A stretch of DNA of 64,000 nucleotides from assembly GCA_002269645.1 (NCBI GenBank), contig NIVC01001461.1, positions 121,313 through 185,312 on the forward strand, written 5' to 3'. The notes below the pieces were generated by a model. The model saw only the letters and a program-made list of their open reading frames with translations, searched no databases and had not been told where the DNA came from. The translations under genes and the position numbers were made by a program. This stretch comes from Macrostomum lignano (taxonomy: Eukaryota). Shown here in pieces: positions 61,956 through 64,000 of this stretch (the first letter of the stretch is position 1; each line of letters begins with the position of its first letter).

Positions 61956-62379
61956 CACCTTACTGCGCTGCATATACAATAGTATGCACCGCCGATATTC
62001 CGGTGCCAAGATGCGGCTTAGAGAATGGATCAAAGCACAAATCAGATTAAAGAAAACTTCAAAAGTGGCGATTCGCCTGAATATCAAATTTTGGTTTTTC
62101 AGCCCAGGGCGAAAATCTTCACTCAGCGCGGGCTGGCATTCGCCTCTGCTTGGCCTTCTTGGCGGGTTCTCCGCGCATCCGCTGATCAAAGGGGAAATCT
62201 TTTACGAGTCCGGCAATTGGGATAATCCTTCCCCATTCGCACCCTGCGGCTTTTGCGAAGCAGCCTTTTGTGGGGGCTCTTGTGAGGGCGAATGCGGCTA
62301 ATTATGGCGGGCATAGATCAGCTGCGAGCCGTTTATGGCTGCCGTGTCTGAGCTTCTTGCCGAAATGAACTCAATTTCT

Positions 62380-62870
<491 letters not shown>

Positions 62871-63082
62871 AGTGAATCAGTGAAGTTGATGTCTTCAGCA
62901 ATCAGTCTGGAAAAGAGCGCATAATTACCTAATGGGTTTTATTTATTCTCAAAAAACAAAACCAAGCAATTCAAGGCAGTTCACGTAAAAAGTAGAAAAA
63001 CAGTCGAGTTATTATATGAATAAAACAGTCCGTGACGGCCCGGACCGAGTCGGCTTAGCAAAAACACCTTCGAACGACTCCA

Positions 63083-63410
63083 TCAATCGAAGTTCTTTGG
63101 CAGCGGAGTCACGATGTGGCTCTCCAGCGTCTCGAACACGGTCTCCACGTCCTGGTCGCAGTTGACGTCCAGCGCGAGCGACTTCGAGGCGTAGAAATCG
63201 CGAAGCTCCTCGCGGAATGTTGAATATCGCGACAGGCGTCGGTTGACTTCGGCCTCGGTGTCGCGCGGGTGCTGCATCAGCCGCTCCTTCACCTGCGCGT
63301 CGGTCGGCGGGTCGTAGATGCTCTGGTAGCGGCGGCCCGTCACCGGGTCCGTCATGCGGTTGGTCAGCCGCTCCAGCACCTGTGCGTTGCCCAGCTCCAT
63401 GAAGAACACC
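63083..63410 (-). CDS. AK8: Last coding exon of an adenylate kinase 8-like protein (upstream exons apparently beyond the window)
   Basis: Acceptor ccaccccag|G. Translation RVFFMELGNAQVLERLTNRMTDPVTGRRYQSIYDPP...ERLMQHPRDTEAEVNRRLSRY...DVNCDQDVETVFETLESHIVTPLPKNFD*, which has the ADK LID region and an AK8-type C-terminus. Confidence 0.8.
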
Positions 63411-63424
63411 CTGGGGTGGCGGTG

Positions 63425-63472
63425 CGTAGGGTCTGCATTAGTGTCTGCATTAGTGTCTGCATTAGTGTCTGC

Positions 63473-63569
<97 letters not shown>

Positions 63570-63570
63570 C
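63425..63570 (+). repeat. Short 14-bp repeat plus (TATC)n microsatellite
   Basis: GTCTGCATTAGT-type units x3, then (ATCT)n. Confidence 0.9.
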
Positions 63571-64000
63571 TCTTATTTATCAATCAAATAAAAGTACAAG
63601 CATGCTCTTATTAATAAGCCATAAAAGTGCAGCTCAGGAGGACACGGGGCCGGCACTGCACGCGAAGTGTGTAATTAGGAAGCTGCAGTCGTGATGAAGA
63701 CAAGATGAGAACGGGGATAGCAGCAGGGAAGAGATTCGAGCCCTGGGGTGAAAAGTCGATCGGCTCCGGCAGTCGAACAGCGGAAGCCGAAAGTGCAGGC
63801 GGAGTTTGGCAAAGTGCCAAGCCTCTGTCAGCCACAGTTTTCAATCACATTTTTGAGACCAATTAATCACCGAGTGCGCGCGAAGCCACGCAGTGAAGAA
63901 GACAAACAGAGATCTTGGAAAAGCTTTTAAGCCAGAGCTTCATCTGTTTACCCAATATGACTGCGAGCTCAACAAAGCTTTTCTAATCCAAGCCAAGGTA

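Overview
Animal (metazoan) genomic DNA with GC-rich exons and GT-AG introns, most carrying their own minisatellite. The style resembles a free-living flatworm such as Macrostomum, but that is inference only. Genes reconstructed by hand: striatin (+, 8 exons, ~858 aa), an MFSD2-like transporter (-, 7 exons), a long-chain acyl-CoA synthetase (-, 7 exons), a DEG/ENaC channel (-, 5 exons), a small N-acylated disordered protein (-), an SSUH2 homolog (+, 4 exons), the last exon of an AK8-like adenylate kinase (-) and one coiled-coil exon at the left edge (-). Mobile DNA: a 5'-truncated RTE-type LINE, the 3' end of a second LINE, three tRNA-derived SINE copies (two retaining that LINE's tail) and MITE-like elements. 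Most unusual observations: (1) a 280-bp TIR/TSD-bounded element in striatin intron 1 carrying a 63-nt copy of the 28S rRNA H69-H71 segment, replaced exactly at the R2/I-PpoI cleavage site and followed by a perfect AG|GTAAGT recursive-splice motif; (2) a 46-bp intronic hairpin whose five transition differences all give G.U pairs on the transcribed strand; (3) minisatellites built from splice signals, YY1 sites or TTAGGG; (4) three perfect heat-shock elements in a divergent promoter. Most long ORFs in the supplied track are repeat artefacts.
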